Shown piece by piece: positions 11,853 to 23,570 of a DNA stretch of 64,000 nt. Position numbers and translations under genes: made by a program. Under the pieces are notes generated by a model. That model made no database searches, was not told the DNA's origin, and saw nothing but the letters and a program-made list of their open reading frames with translations. Every line of letters begins with the position of its first letter. Position 1 is the stretch's first letter. The stretch comes from Hydrolagus affinis (Eukaryota), in NCBI GenBank assembly GCA_012026655.1, contig JAAILG010001437.1, positions 1 through 64,000 on the forward strand. The letters run 5' to 3'.

Positions 11853-12075
11853 AGCTCCTGTTAACCCTGCGAGGCAAAGCCCTAATGGGAAGGGTGGTTC
11901 AACTAAGATAAGCAATGTGTAACTTACCAGGTAGCGCTCTCAATTACAAGCTATGCTGTTTTAGCTGGTTAGACTCCAGCAATAACACAACACGTACTCT
12001 GGTATCCCCAAGCGTTGGCTCTTTCCAACCTGCACTCAATACTTTCTGGAATTGGATAAGCAGGATGCTATCCAG
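11853..12075 (+). repeat. Unclassified interspersed repeat, copy A
   Basis: Aligns by eye with 23348-23570 and 60134-60340 (aagcta.gc.gttttagctggttaga; gc.ttggctct..ccaacctgc.c..aatact). Confidence 0.7.
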
Positions 12076-12659
12076 GCAGAATTCACATGCCTTTTCCATG
12101 TACAGGTGACATCCATTTATGGAAGTCAGTCTGGTTTGGCTAGTGTTCACCATGGTAATGGGTTCCTGTATGTGTCAGACGCCTGGCTAACAAAGTGAAA
12201 TATGGTATCTTTCATGTCAGGAGGACATCTCAAAGTGCTTCTCAGGGTTTACTGTAAAGTTTTATGGCTGTGTATTGTGTAAGTGAATACTATACTAGAT
12301 ACCCAGCAGCCAGCTACAAACTGTGATCCAACCAAAGGGCTTTGAACATTTATAACGATAAGAATCAAAGAGTGTTGGTTGCACAGAAATGGCAATCTGT
12401 GCTGTTGTTCTCCTCCACATGAACAACCCAGCCTAACCTCCCGCCTGCAAACCTTTTAATATTTGTTTTCAAGCCTCAGTCTACACTAATTCTCCTTAAA
12501 AATAATCTCCGGACTGTGCCTGAAGAATGATTGCTTCGACATGTAACTAGACTCTAATCTAATTGAGAACTTCAGATAGTTTATGTGTAAAATAATGAAT
12601 ATCTGAGAGTGAGATTCATGCTGCCGTCTGACTCAATCCAGGTAACCATTATTCTTTAT

Positions 12660-13020
12660 AAGAGGCTATGGGTTCAAGCCTCATATTGGGAATTTAGCTT
12701 GTAGTCTGCACTGACTTTCTGGTGCAGTATTTGGGGACCGTGCAACGTCAAAAAAGACAGATGAGATGTTAAGCCAAAGCCTGGTCTGCCTGTTCAGCTG
12801 GATATTAAAGATCCCATGGCACTGTTTGAGAAGCAAAGGGAGTTTCTCCCAGTGTCTTGGCCAACAACCTTCCACATCAATCGATCATTCGCTTTCATGG
12901 CTGTTTGTGTGACCTTTGCTGTGTACGAGTTGGCGGCTGCATTTGCCAACAAATACAATCACTGGACTTCACAGTAATTTATCATGGTAGGGTCTATACA
13001 GCATGCAAGGATTCTTATTT
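12660..13020 (+). mobile_element. Deu-domain SINE
   Basis: gatgagatgttaagccaaagcctggtctgcctgttcagctggatattaaagatcccatggcactg core. Confidence 0.85.
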
Positions 13021-13309
13021 ATACTATGAGTGCAGCCTTATTATAAAACATTGCATTACAGCGTTGATTCAGTTATGAAGTGGTTGGTTGGCCTATTCAC
13101 TGACCTCATTCACTGAACATTCAATATTACCTTGGGATACTGCTGTGCACAATTGGCTGTCATACATCACCCACAAAACATACAATCAATTCACTTTATA
13201 GTATTTTCTGAGCTTTGAGATGTCTCAATGATGTGATCAGACTCTATATCAAACAATTTATTGATCTAATAAATGGATTAAATATTATTATCTCTATGAT
13301 AGTTGCCTG

Positions 13310-13500
13310 CTATGTATGTTTCTTTTGTGTGGTGCCTGTGTGCACATGTTTGTGTAATTGTGAATGGTGCACATGTGTAGGTGGTACTAATTTGTGTGTG
13401 TGTATATCTGTTCAGAATGCGTGATTGTGTATCTGTGTGTGCGATACCTGCGTGTATGGCCACACACACGTATGTGCGCGTGTGTGGTGCCTGTTTGCAT
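13310..13500. repeat. Degenerate (GT)n tract
   Basis: Direct inspection. Confidence 0.8.
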
Positions 13501-13644
13501 GTTGATGACGAACAGTAGAGGGTATTTGTTATAGTAAATGTCTGTTGGGAGCCGCTAATTGCATGCTGATGGATGATAATGTTCCCACAAGAGGATTAGG
13601 AAAGTGATGCACGTCACTGGAGGCTAAACAGCCAATAATAATGG

Positions 13645-13890
13645 CTGGCAGGGCGAAACCTTGGGCAAGTTTCATTATAGCATATGTCGATAATAATCCC
13701 TCAAGAAAAATAATAAATTGGCCGTTTCAGTCCATGATTGTTTGTGGGACACTGCTGTGTGCAATCGGCTGCCGTGTTTTGCCTACAAATATACAATCAA
13801 TTAAATTTACAGTGTATCCTGTGAAGAGCGTTGAGATGTCTAGAAGACTTGAAAAGCACTATATCAAATGCAAGGATTATTATTATTATA
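13645..13890 (+). mobile_element. CORE-type SINE, 5'-truncated
   Basis: gggcgaaaccttgggcaagtttc...atatcaaatgcaaggattattattattat. Confidence 0.8.
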
Positions 13891-13929
13891 ATGCACTGAG
13901 GACTGGGAAAATCACTGTGTTGCATATTG

Positions 13930-14166
13930 CCAATCTCTGGAACTCCATCCCACAGTCCCTCCACCTCACCCCCTCCCTAACCTCCTTCAAGTCCCATCTC
14001 AAGACCCTCTTCTTCAATGGTCCCATCGGCCACTCTACATCCCCTCCTCTCCCTCCACCCTTCGCAATCCCAACCCCAGCTCGAGTCTGAAACATTGACT
14101 GTCCAGCGCCTTGGGACGTCCTCCCGACATGAAAGGCACTATATAAGTGCAACGTTATTGTTGTTG
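13930..14166 (+). mobile_element. L2 LINE 3' end
   Basis: Encodes LWNSIPQSLHLTPSLTSFKSHLKTLFF, a typical L2 ORF2 C-terminus, then the stem-loop tail and (TTG)n. Confidence 0.9.
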
Positions 14167-14459
14167 AAAAGTAGGATAGCTGAAAATGTATTAAAAACAA
14201 CATTGGGCACTAGAGACCATCGTTTCTCTGGATCTGGTAGTAGGGGATAAAAGTTACACAAACACCCCTCAAATTGACCACAATCTAGTCCAATTCTAAA
14301 AGATTAGCCTGGTGGAAAAAGAGTTAATTTTCTCAGTGTGAGTGGAGTAGTATTGGGTTCGGTCTAGTAAAGACTGGATTGTGACTGAATGGTGCATTTC
14401 ATTTCCTGTCTGTCTGTCTGTCAGTGCTTGGAGCATGTACTTTATCTTTTAAAAAAAAC

Positions 14460-14842
14460 AATAATAGTAATCCTTGCATTTCATATAGCGCTTTTCACGT
14501 CTTCTAGACGTCTCAAAGTGATTCACAGCATATATTGTAAAGTGAGTTGATTGTATATTTGTGGGTGAAACACAGCAGCCCCCACGGCAGCCGCTGCGCA
14601 CAGCAGCGTCCCCACAAACAGTCGTGGGTGGAGTGACCCAATGGTTGTTATTTTTTGGGAGGGGGTTATTTTCCCTGAAAAGTGATCCGCCATCTCCTAA
14701 CAACCGGGTTCCTGCTTACTGCAAGGTGAACAGAGGCGTTTTGCAGTAATGAAAAATGCCAACGTTTCTTGCTGCCGGGAATAGAACCCAGTTCTCTCGC
14801 ATGTGAGGTGTATGCTCTGACCACTGAGCTACGGGACTCCAC
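14460..14842 (-). mobile_element. CORE-type tRNA SINE, full length
   Basis: Reverse tail at 14460 and reverse head ...accactgagctacgggactccac. Confidence 0.85.
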
Positions 14843-15238
14843 AATTCTATAGATGAAGGTCAGAGGCGGTGTAAAATGGAGGTGGTTATGATGCAGGTTG
14901 CACATTTGGTGATAATGCAAGCAGAATGATCCTTGCGTTTGATATCGCGCCTTATCGCGTCGAAACGTATCAAAGTGTTATCACAGGATTTTACTGTAAA
15001 GTGTAGTGACTGTGTAATGTGTAGGTGAATGCCGAGGTCTCACAGAGAGTTGTGAAGCGAGTGTGCGAAAACATCTGCGGATCGTTTAATGGCCACATTT
15101 TAGGCTGAGAAATACGTTTGTTTAAATCAAATGCTCCCCTTCCCACCCCGCCCATCACCCCCATCATCATGCTTTCAGGAGCTTATTTACTCGAGTTGAG
15201 ATGGGATGCGCGTGACGTGTAAACAGAGTTTTACGGTG

Positions 15239-15588
15239 CATCTAAGGAGTGCTAAGACACAAAAGGCATGTGCTACCAGATGGGAGTTAATTGTTTCCTT
15301 TTCTCATGTACTGTAGACATACCAAATCCGACATTGAGAAACACACAAGCTTTATACGACCATATGGTGGTGAATTATTAGCTTTCACCCGGTCAGTGTG
15401 TTTTGTGCGTGTGCAGTAGCTGGCACAGAGACAGCGTGCAGATGGAAGAGAACGTTTTTTTGTCTCTCTCTGTGTATTTTTAACACATTCTCTTTCAAGA
15501 ACTGAATGCTGTATGTGTACAGAATCTGACACTGAGTAGCACGTGAGCTTCGTAGTCCCAGGTGGAAGTGAATCATTAGCTTTCTCCC
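15239..15588. repeat. Degenerate local ~80-bp repeat, 2-3 copies
   Basis: 15311-15390 and 15509-15588 align ungapped at about 56/80 by my count; weaker copy at ~15239-15305. Confidence 0.65.
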
Positions 15589-15849
15589 AACGCACGCTGT
15601 TCATGTAAAGGAGCAGCACTGAGACTGACAGGAGCCATGTGGCAGGAGATGTGACTGACTGACTCCCTTACACCAGTGTGTGCTGTGTATATAAACTCCT
15701 TGCTTTGACTCACTAAACGCCTGGAATGCTGCTGTTTGCCAGGGCTTGTTAAGACGTTGTATGTTTTATTTATATTTTAAAATACCAATTTAATGTTCCC
15801 TCGAGATCGTTGCATTTAGGTTTAAATAATTAGAGAGTCAATTGCTGAA

Positions 15850-16170
15850 GCCAGCTGGTTATGTCTCACTCTCAATGCTGCCGCCTGTCAGATGGAGTGG
15901 CAGGCGTCACTGTGCACCGTCCTTCAGATGAGATGTTAAACCGAGCACCCATCTGCCTGTTGATGTGGACGTGAAAGATCCTGCCGCGCTATTGGAAATG
16001 TGAAGGGAGTTCTGGGCAACAATCCCCAAATATAAATCTAGCTCTTCATGAGGGGACTGCAGTGCTCAAACTAGTTGTCGTATTTTGCTGTGAAGTGCCT
16101 TGGATCATTTTGTCAATCTTCTGTATCAAATGCAAGGATAATTTATTATTATTTATTACTATTATTATTG
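15850..16170 (+). mobile_element. Deu-domain SINE
   Basis: ccgtccttcagatgagatgttaaaccgagcacccatctgcctgttgatgtggacgtgaaagatcc core and (TTA)n tail. Confidence 0.8.
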
Positions 16171-16534
16171 CCAGGCACATCATTATACCAAATTACACTA
16201 TTGTACTATACTATTATACTACACTTAATATCAGCATGATTACTGCCTGGCACACCGTGGTCGAACTCTCACCAGTGCAATGATATGAACTGCTTCACAA
16301 CCATCTGGCAACCCCAGTTGTGTTCCATGCTGTAATAATAATAATAATAATAAATAATAATAATAATCCTTATATTAGAGATAGTGCTTTATTAATTCAA
16401 AATCAAAAAGTTGAGACGATTGGAAGGGGACCTGATCGAAATGTTTTACGATTTGAATCAGTCCAAAACACCTTTCAAGCTCGCTATTAGCAGGTATAAT
16501 AGGAAGCCTAGGAGAAGCTATACTTGTAAATACG

Positions 16535-16820
16535 TCTTGCGCTTGGTATAATTCCTTATCATGTCGGGAGGACGTCTCAAGGCTCATCACAGGATTTACT
16601 GTGAAATGGAGTGACTGTATTTGTAGGCAAATCTAGCAGCACAATTGCACGCAGCAATGTCCCACAAACAATCATGGATTTCGTGCCCATTTTTATCTGG
16701 GGGATTTTTTGCCAATACACCAGGAGAAACTCCCTTCTCTTATTGAATAATAAGTGGAGTCTTTAACATGCACCTGAACAAGTAGATGGACCTCACTTTA
16801 ACGTCTCATCTGAAGGATGG
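16535..16820 (-). mobile_element. Deu-domain SINE
   Basis: Reverse tail and core ending tttaacgtctcatctgaagg. Confidence 0.8.
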
Positions 16821-17319
16821 GTGGCATCCATTGTTTGCGTATGTTGATCATTGTCAGTGGTGATACAGCCTCAGTCAGAATACCACAAACAAAATATAAC
16901 CAAACAAGGGCTCGATGTCTGTTTGAAGACTGGAAGTTCTAATGGCTGTAGCCTGGCTGGCCAGCCTGAGCTGATTTGATGTGACTGAGGCTGGTGGGTA
17001 GCCTGGGAAGAATCCTCGATAGGATTTTCAAACGCTGCAGCGTGTCAGCAATAATGAAAGGAACAGTGGACAGAACAAAAGCTGCAAAAGAGCAGCCGAT
17101 CCCAGAGGCACCAGGCGCTGCTTCCTCCAGCACGTTTGATGTGGGGAATCATGATTCCTCTCACTGTGTGCCCGCAGGAACCCAGAGGCCTGCCAGCGGA
17201 TTGATTTCAGTCACTAGCTTTAACTCTGAAACCACAAGGCAGGCAATGAGGGGCATTGGGCATGGCACACGCTGCCATTTGCCTGCATTGCTGTCAGGTG
17301 GCTGGGTCAGCCTTTTAGA

Positions 17320-17592
17320 ACAGAGTTGAGGAAACATTTCTTCACTCAGAGGGTGGTGAATTTATGGAATTCACTAACCCAGAAGGCTGTGGATGCTCAG
17401 TCTCTCAACATTTTCAAGGCTGAGACTGATGGATGTTTAAAACATAAAGGGATTAGGGGATATGGGGATGGGGATGGGGCAGGTAATTAGAGTTAGGTGA
17501 GAAGATCAGCCATGATCTTATTGAATGGCAGGGCAGGCTCGAAGAGCCGAATGCCCTACTCCTGCTCTTATGGTCTTCTTATGGTCCTTGTA
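17320..17592 (+). mobile_element. CR1-clade LINE 3' end (shark HER1-like)
   Basis: Encodes RKHFFTQRVVNLWNSLTQKAVDAQSLNIFKAETD, the CR1 ORF2 C-terminus, then gatcagccatgatcttattgaatggcagggcaggctcgaag...cctactcctgctc 3' UTR. Confidence 0.9.
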
Positions 17593-17704
17593 GGAGAGAG
17601 GTCCTAGGAGGGACTGGGTATCAATTGCAGATGGTAAACCTGGACAGTAGCCTCAGAGCTTCAGAGCAACAGAACACAGATTCAGGATACAAAGAATATT
17701 GTTT

Positions 17705-18205
17705 ATAATAATAATCCTGGCATTTGGTATCATGCCTTATCGTGTGTTTGGGATATCTCAAAGTGCTTCACACGAAATAGTGTAAAGAGGATTGACTGAG
17801 TGAAACGCAGCAGCCAGTTGCACACAGCAATGACCCCAAAAACAGCTATGGAGTGAGTGACCAATTTTATTTAGGGGATTGTTGGCCAGGACACTGGGAG
17901 AAAGCAAGTCTCCCTCTGTTTTTGAATTGCGCCGCTGGATCTTTCACATCCACTTGAACAGGCAGAAGGGGACTTGGTTTAACTGAAGGACAACACCTCC
18001 ACAATGCAACACCTCCCCGAGCAACAAAACAACAAAATTACATTTGTCGAGTGCCTTTCATGTCAGGAGGACATCCCAAGGCACTGAGCAGTCGTGGTCA
18101 GGGCCGATTGCACTGCATTGGAGTATCATTTTAAGACTGTGATTTCAAGGCCTGACATGGGTCTTTAACCCACAACCTTTTGACTCAGAGGCAAGAGTGA
18201 TAGGT
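17705..18205 (-). mobile_element. Deu-domain SINE with nested L2 3' tail (~18022-18105)
   Basis: Reverse tail, core and head, interrupted by aacaacaaaattacatttg...ggaggacatcccaaggc. Confidence 0.8.
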
Positions 18206-18234
18206 GTTTAGGACTGACACCAGGAAATGTTTCT

Positions 18235-18357
18235 CCCTCCCCTCCCTCTCTACCCAGCCCCTCTCTCTTGCTCAGGTCCCGACCTGACTGGTCAGCGATT
18301 TGGGAGACCTCCCGACATGAAAGGCGCTCTATAAATGTAATTTAGTTGTTGTTGTTA
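18235..18357 (+). mobile_element. L2 3' tail
   Basis: cctcccgacatgaaaggcgctctataaatgtaatttagttgttgttg. Confidence 0.8.
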
Positions 18358-18439
18358 AGGGCAAGCACTGGGACTTGTTTAAAAACGTAGCTTTCTGCTG
18401 CAATGGCAAGTCCGGGTTGGGTCTCATACACAGAGCAGA

Positions 18440-18935
18440 ATACTAGGGATGTTAATAGAACGACAGACAGAGAGAAATGGAAAGAGAAGCAAACACACCT
18501 ATGGAGAACAACAGCGAGTGACAGAATAAAGCAAACACACGCAAACCAAAAGATGGAGAAACTCAGGAGAAAGACAGATAGAGAGAGAGACGAGTACAAA
18601 CGCACGTGCATTCACACACACAGCAAGACCGATAGAGAGAGAAAAAACACAGATGCATACAAAGACAGAGGGAGGTTCATACATAGACAAAAAGATGGTC
18701 ATATACATACATACATACATACATACATACATACATACATACACGCAGGAAGACAAAGAAAACAACAGCAACACCTGGCACTTATATAGTGTCCATGCAG
18801 GGTAGAAAAAACACATACACACACATTCAAGCAAACAAAGAGATGGAAAGAGAGAGAGATACACACACAGACACACATGCTCAACAGATAAAACGAGAAA
18901 TATACAAACCTGAAACACAGACAGGGAGACATAGA
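18440..18935. repeat. GA/CA-rich low complexity including a (TACA)n microsatellite at ~18703-18742
   Basis: Direct inspection; explains the ORFs at 18342-19002. Confidence 0.85.
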
Positions 18936-19189
18936 AATGGTCATCCTGGAAGGAAGTAATTTGGTCATTGATATCTGTGCTTCTGTTCCATATTTTTCCC
19001 AAGTTTATTATTAAAGGAAAACTTGGGAAAATATGTACAGCTCCCTCCCCACATTCTTTATTGTTTTAATCCAGCTCCATTTCGCTTGTTGTTCTTGATC
19101 CCGCCTGAAAAACCACTTATGGTAATGAATTCCAAACACTATTAACACTGAGTGAAACAACTCCTATTAGCCTATCCCCTGATAGCCCT

Positions 19190-20000
19190 CCACGTCTTGC
19201 TCTCCCCTGCCTCTTCGATCTCATAACTATATCAGCTTGTCCTCTCCCTCCGCTTGTCCGATACCAGCCTGCATCGGGTCCCCCTCACTTCCATCCCTAC
19301 CATTGGCAGCTGAGCATTCAGCAATTTTGCATTCCCCACACTCTGCAACTCGCAATCCCTCCACCTCACCACCTTTCTTGTGTCCTTTAAGTCCTGTCTA
19401 AAGACTTTTCGTTTGGACTGTGCGTTCAGCACCTTCCTATCCCCACTGCCCCTGCCATCCACCCCTCCTGACCCCCAACCCCCCGCTCAGATCCAAAAAC
19501 ACCTGACTGAGATATTTTTCCTATATGAAGGGTGCTATACAAGTGTAATTTGTTGTTTTTGAAACACCTGTTATTAATTCCGTCTGTTCCTGCTTTTGAC
19601 ACCGATTCCGCTGATGAGGAAATAGTTTCTCCCTATTTATCTTGCCATTCAGTATGTTATACTCCTCGATCATATCTCAATCTCCTCTGTTCCAGCAGAA
19701 TATTCTCCACTTCAGCTTGTCTTCATATCCGCTTTATCTTTTTATAAGCCACTGAAACCATTCTCCATGCCGCTCGGCTGGACTACTCTAACACTCTCCT
19801 CGCCGGTCTCCCCTCCTCCACCATCCTCAAAATTCAGCTCATACAAAACCTCCGCCTTCTACTTTCTTACCCGCACCAACCTTTGTACCTCGATTAGCCC
19901 AGCTCGGGTCTGACACAGTGACTGTCCAACGTCTTGGGATGTCCTCCTGACATGCAAGGCACTATACAATTGTAATTTTGTTGTTGCTGTTGTTGTTGTT
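19190..20000 (+). mobile_element. Two L2 3' fragments (~19190-19560 and ~19770-20000)
   Basis: SFKSCLKTFRL terminus; RLDYSNTLLAGLPSSTILKIQLIQN L2 motif; (TTG)n tails. Confidence 0.85.
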
Positions 20001-20089
20001 GTACATGTTTATACACAGACATAGACTGAGAGATAACAAACCCAAGCGAGATAACAAACCCTGGACATAATCACAGAGACCAGAAACAG

Positions 20090-20412
20090 CCACCTAAAGC
20101 TGGCGTTCCAGTTCAGCGCTGGGGGTGCTGCATTGTCAGAGGTGCCAAGCTTTGGGTGAGACATTAAGCCAAGGTCCCAGCTGCCTGTTCAGGTGGATGT
20201 TAAAGATTCCCTGACGCTATTCAAAATGAAAAGCGAGTTTCTCTCTCCTGGGGTCCTGGCCAACAATCCCCCAAATACAATTGGTCATTTGGGATACATT
20301 GCTATGCAGAAATTGGCCAGAAATATATTAAGGATTAGAATTTACAGTGTTTCCAGTGCTTTTGTGACCTGACGAGGCTCTATATCAAATGCATGTATTT
20401 ATTATTATTATT
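20090..20412 (+). mobile_element. Deu-domain SINE
   Basis: Core ctgcctgttcaggtggatgttaaagattccc and (TTA)n tail. Confidence 0.85.
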
Positions 20413-20954
20413 ACAATCAAATATTTTAAACAAGTGACAGTTATACAGACACATGAGGAACACTGAGCCAGAACCGGAATGGATGTCTCTGTGAAGTGCA
20501 GTCAGCACCTCTTTACATAGCCCCGCTATACAAATGTAATTTTGTTGTTGTTGTGCAGTTAATTAGCGCTCAGAAGTTTGGAAGTAAAATTAGTTTAATA
20601 CACAGTCTGGGAGAGAATGTTAACCATGGTAATCTGTGGGTGTGGTGCTGGAATGATCAGGTCAGCCCAAGTGCAATGGCACTAATGCGGTAAAGTGCCT
20701 CATTGCCAAATAAAAGTGAATTATTAAGCAAATAAGGATATAATTCAATATACAATGAGGGACTAATGTCAGCTATTGAAACACCAGCATTTCCTCTCTC
20801 CCCCTTTCCCCCGCTCCCCTGCCCTGTTGAAATAACTTTATAACCTCACTTATAATATCAATAGAAGACCAGTTCACAATCTCACTCCAATGCAAATCCA
20901 CCATGTTTGACAGAAGAATTTGCATTGAAATTGGATTGTTGTAATGGAGTTCTC

Positions 20955-21410
20955 ACTCACTACACTCCACCCACCCACCCACCCACCTACTCACTCACTC
21001 ACTCGCTCATTCATTCGCTCGCTTTTACTCTCACTTGCTCTTGCTTGCGCTTTCATTTGCTCACACACCCTCTTTTGCTCACACACTCTCTTTCTTAGAC
21101 TCTCTCTTTTTCCCTCTCTTACTCTTGACTGCTTTATTTTTCTCTATTACTTGCGCTCTTTTTCTCTCTCATTCGTTCTTCCTCCCTATTTCTCACTCGC
21201 TTAATTTCTTTCTCTCGCTCGTTTTCTCTCTCACTCTTGCTGCACTCTCTCTCTTGTTCGTTCTTCTTATTATTATTGTTCTCTCTCTTTATTGCTCCTT
21301 CTTGCTCTCATCTCTTTCTCTTACTCTCTTTCTTTCTTGCTTGCTCCCCCTCTCATCTACTGTCTTGCCTTGTCTCTTCTGCTCTCTCTCTTTCTTTCTC
21401 GCCTTGCCTT
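20955..21410. repeat. CT-rich polypyrimidine low-complexity tract
   Basis: Direct inspection; explains the Leu/Ser/Phe-rich ORFs. Confidence 0.9.
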
Positions 21411-21784
21411 TCAACGAAAGAAAAGTGGAAAAATGCCTCGTATGTGGGAGGGGGAATCTTGTTAAATAAACAAATGGCATTTTGTAATGGTTCCACAGAG
21501 GGGAACAATTCACCGGCAACCTCAAAGGAGGCGTTTCATAGAGAGCCGTTTGAGAATGAATGAAAACTGCTGCTGGGCATTTTGGGCTAAGCAGTCAGCG
21601 TTTGATTAATGAGCGCTCCCGCCCACAGCATTGCCAGCTCACTAATGGAGAAAATCTTTGGGAGTCTGAGATTGCAGTACTGGATGTGCTCAGTGCTGAC
21701 AATGACTCAATGTACGAGCAGTACTCTCAGCCAGTACAGATGTCTCTGAAGAGAGCGCTCACCAAAACACAGGGTAAAAAGAAA

Positions 21785-22325
21785 TATTTCTTGCATTTGA
21801 TGTGAGTGCCTTATCACATTGTTGAGACGTCTCAAAGCAATTCTCAAAGAATGTGTATTTTGTGGGCGTAAAATCAAGAGGATGTCTCAAACCCTTCACA
21901 GGATATAACTGCAATGCGTTGTGACCCCGTTTTTTATAAGCGAATGCAGATTTTTTTATAAGCGAATGCGAATGCAATTTTGTGCACAATGATGTCTCAC
22001 AAACATCCATGAAGTGAACGAACAAGTTTGTCTGAGGAACTGTGAGTCAGAACAAAAGGAGAAATTCCCTTTTCTTTCTAATTAGAAGTTTTGATTAACA
22101 CTTAAAGATTCTCTGGATCTTTAATGTCCAGTTGTAGAGATAGTGCGGGCCTTGGTTCAATGGCTCACCTTGAGAATGGCACCTCTGCCTATGGGGTGCA
22201 CCACCCCCCACCCCCATCACTGTATTGGAGTTTCAGCCTAGACCACATGAGCTCAAAGTCCACTGTGGGGCTTAAACCTACAATCTTCTGACGCAGAGGT
22301 GAAAGTGCTGCCGACTAACCCAAAT
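21785..22325 (-). mobile_element. Deu-domain SINE with duplicated tail segments
   Basis: Reverse tail, core and head; internal tandem duplication of tttttataagcgaatgc. Confidence 0.7.
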
Positions 22326-22903
22326 TAAGGCAATTCTTAATGTAAGGATTCTCTGGAAAGAGATCGGGTGCTTATTTTCTAAATTCCATTTCAATTCCCC
22401 TGAAAACTCTTTCAAAGTATCTCATGAAGCTGTTTCAGGTTCAAGAATTGTACAATGCCTGTGGGATGCAATCATCATTTTATTGTTGTCTTAGCTTGTT
22501 TTTCTCTTCATACTTTGCACCCGAGGCGATACATTATCTGTCGTTGTGAGCCTGGGTGCTTTACCCTGAATCTCAATCACAACCCGGCACAAATACAGAT
22601 TTCACATCTAAAATGTTGTAAATGATGAGTTTTAACAATATCCTGCTTCTATTAAATGATTAGTCATTCCTGTTGCCTTTCCTCAGAGTGTATCAGAATA
22701 ATGTGTCCTTGTGGTGATTTATTCAAACTCTGTAGTTTCTGGGTATATACATTTTGTAGGCTGTCACCACATAACCCAAGGTCACTGCACTTTACAGTAT
22801 AATCTGTGAAGCCCTTTGGGATGTGTTTCTGATGTGAAAGAGGCGGCATGACATGCAGGAATATTATTATTTATATATTAGATATAACTTGTCATTGTAA
22901 TTT

Positions 22904-23210
22904 TGGAGTCCTGTAGTGGTTAGAGCAAAAGTGAGAGTGCCCAGGTTTGACTCCCAGGCTTGATTCCCTCTGTTTAACTAACAGTAAATAGGAACCCAGA
23001 TATTAGTCGATTGACAGATCGCTTTTCTGCAACTGTTTGTGGGGCACTGCTGTGTGCAATTGCCTGCCGCATTTCGTCCACAAAATATACAACATATTTT
23101 GTGTTTTCTATAATAGCCAGTATTTTTTGTGAGGCACTTTGAGACAGCTGGAAGATGCGATAAGGCGCTATATCAAATGCAAGGATGATTGTTATTATTC
23201 TTATTCTTAT
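22904..23210 (+). mobile_element. CORE-type tRNA SINE
   Basis: ggagtcctgtagtggttagagc head; aggaacccagatattagtcgattg; shared tail. Confidence 0.85.
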
Positions 23211-23347
23211 TATGCTAGAGCCTCCAGTGATAGCTGTACGGCATTATCTGCTGGTAAGTGGCTGTGAATTTGCTCTCGACAATGGAACTAATGGTTACTT
23301 GAAGTAGCTGGTAAACAGCTTAGAAACTAGCTTTTCGTGTATACATT

Positions 23348-23570
23348 AGCAGGGAGTCTTCCCATTAATTGCACAAGCCAAAGCTCTAAACGGTAGGGTG
23401 GTCCTGACTACACAACCAGTGGGAAGCTTGCCAGTCAGTGCTCTCAATAGAAAGCAAGCTGATTCGACCCAACGCACACTCCAGAGTCCTAGAGCCTTGG
23501 CTCTCACCAACATGTGCTTAATACTCTCCAGGATTAGGTTAAACAGGTTGCGTGACTCCGAGAGAATGGC
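23348..23570 (+). repeat. Unclassified interspersed repeat, copy B
   Basis: caagccaaagctctaaacggtagggtggt...gagtcctagagccttggctctcaccaac aligns with copies A and C. Confidence 0.7.

Noticed and set aside
13641-14090. 149-aa ORF
   Set aside because: Chimera of a SINE tail and the L2 ORF2 C-terminus.
18342-19002. Long ORFs of 89-167 aa
   Set aside because: Translations of GA/CA simple repeats.
21035-21563. Hydrophobic membrane-like ORFs (also 35351-35767 and 62071-62373)
   Set aside because: Produced by CT/GA low-complexity tracts.
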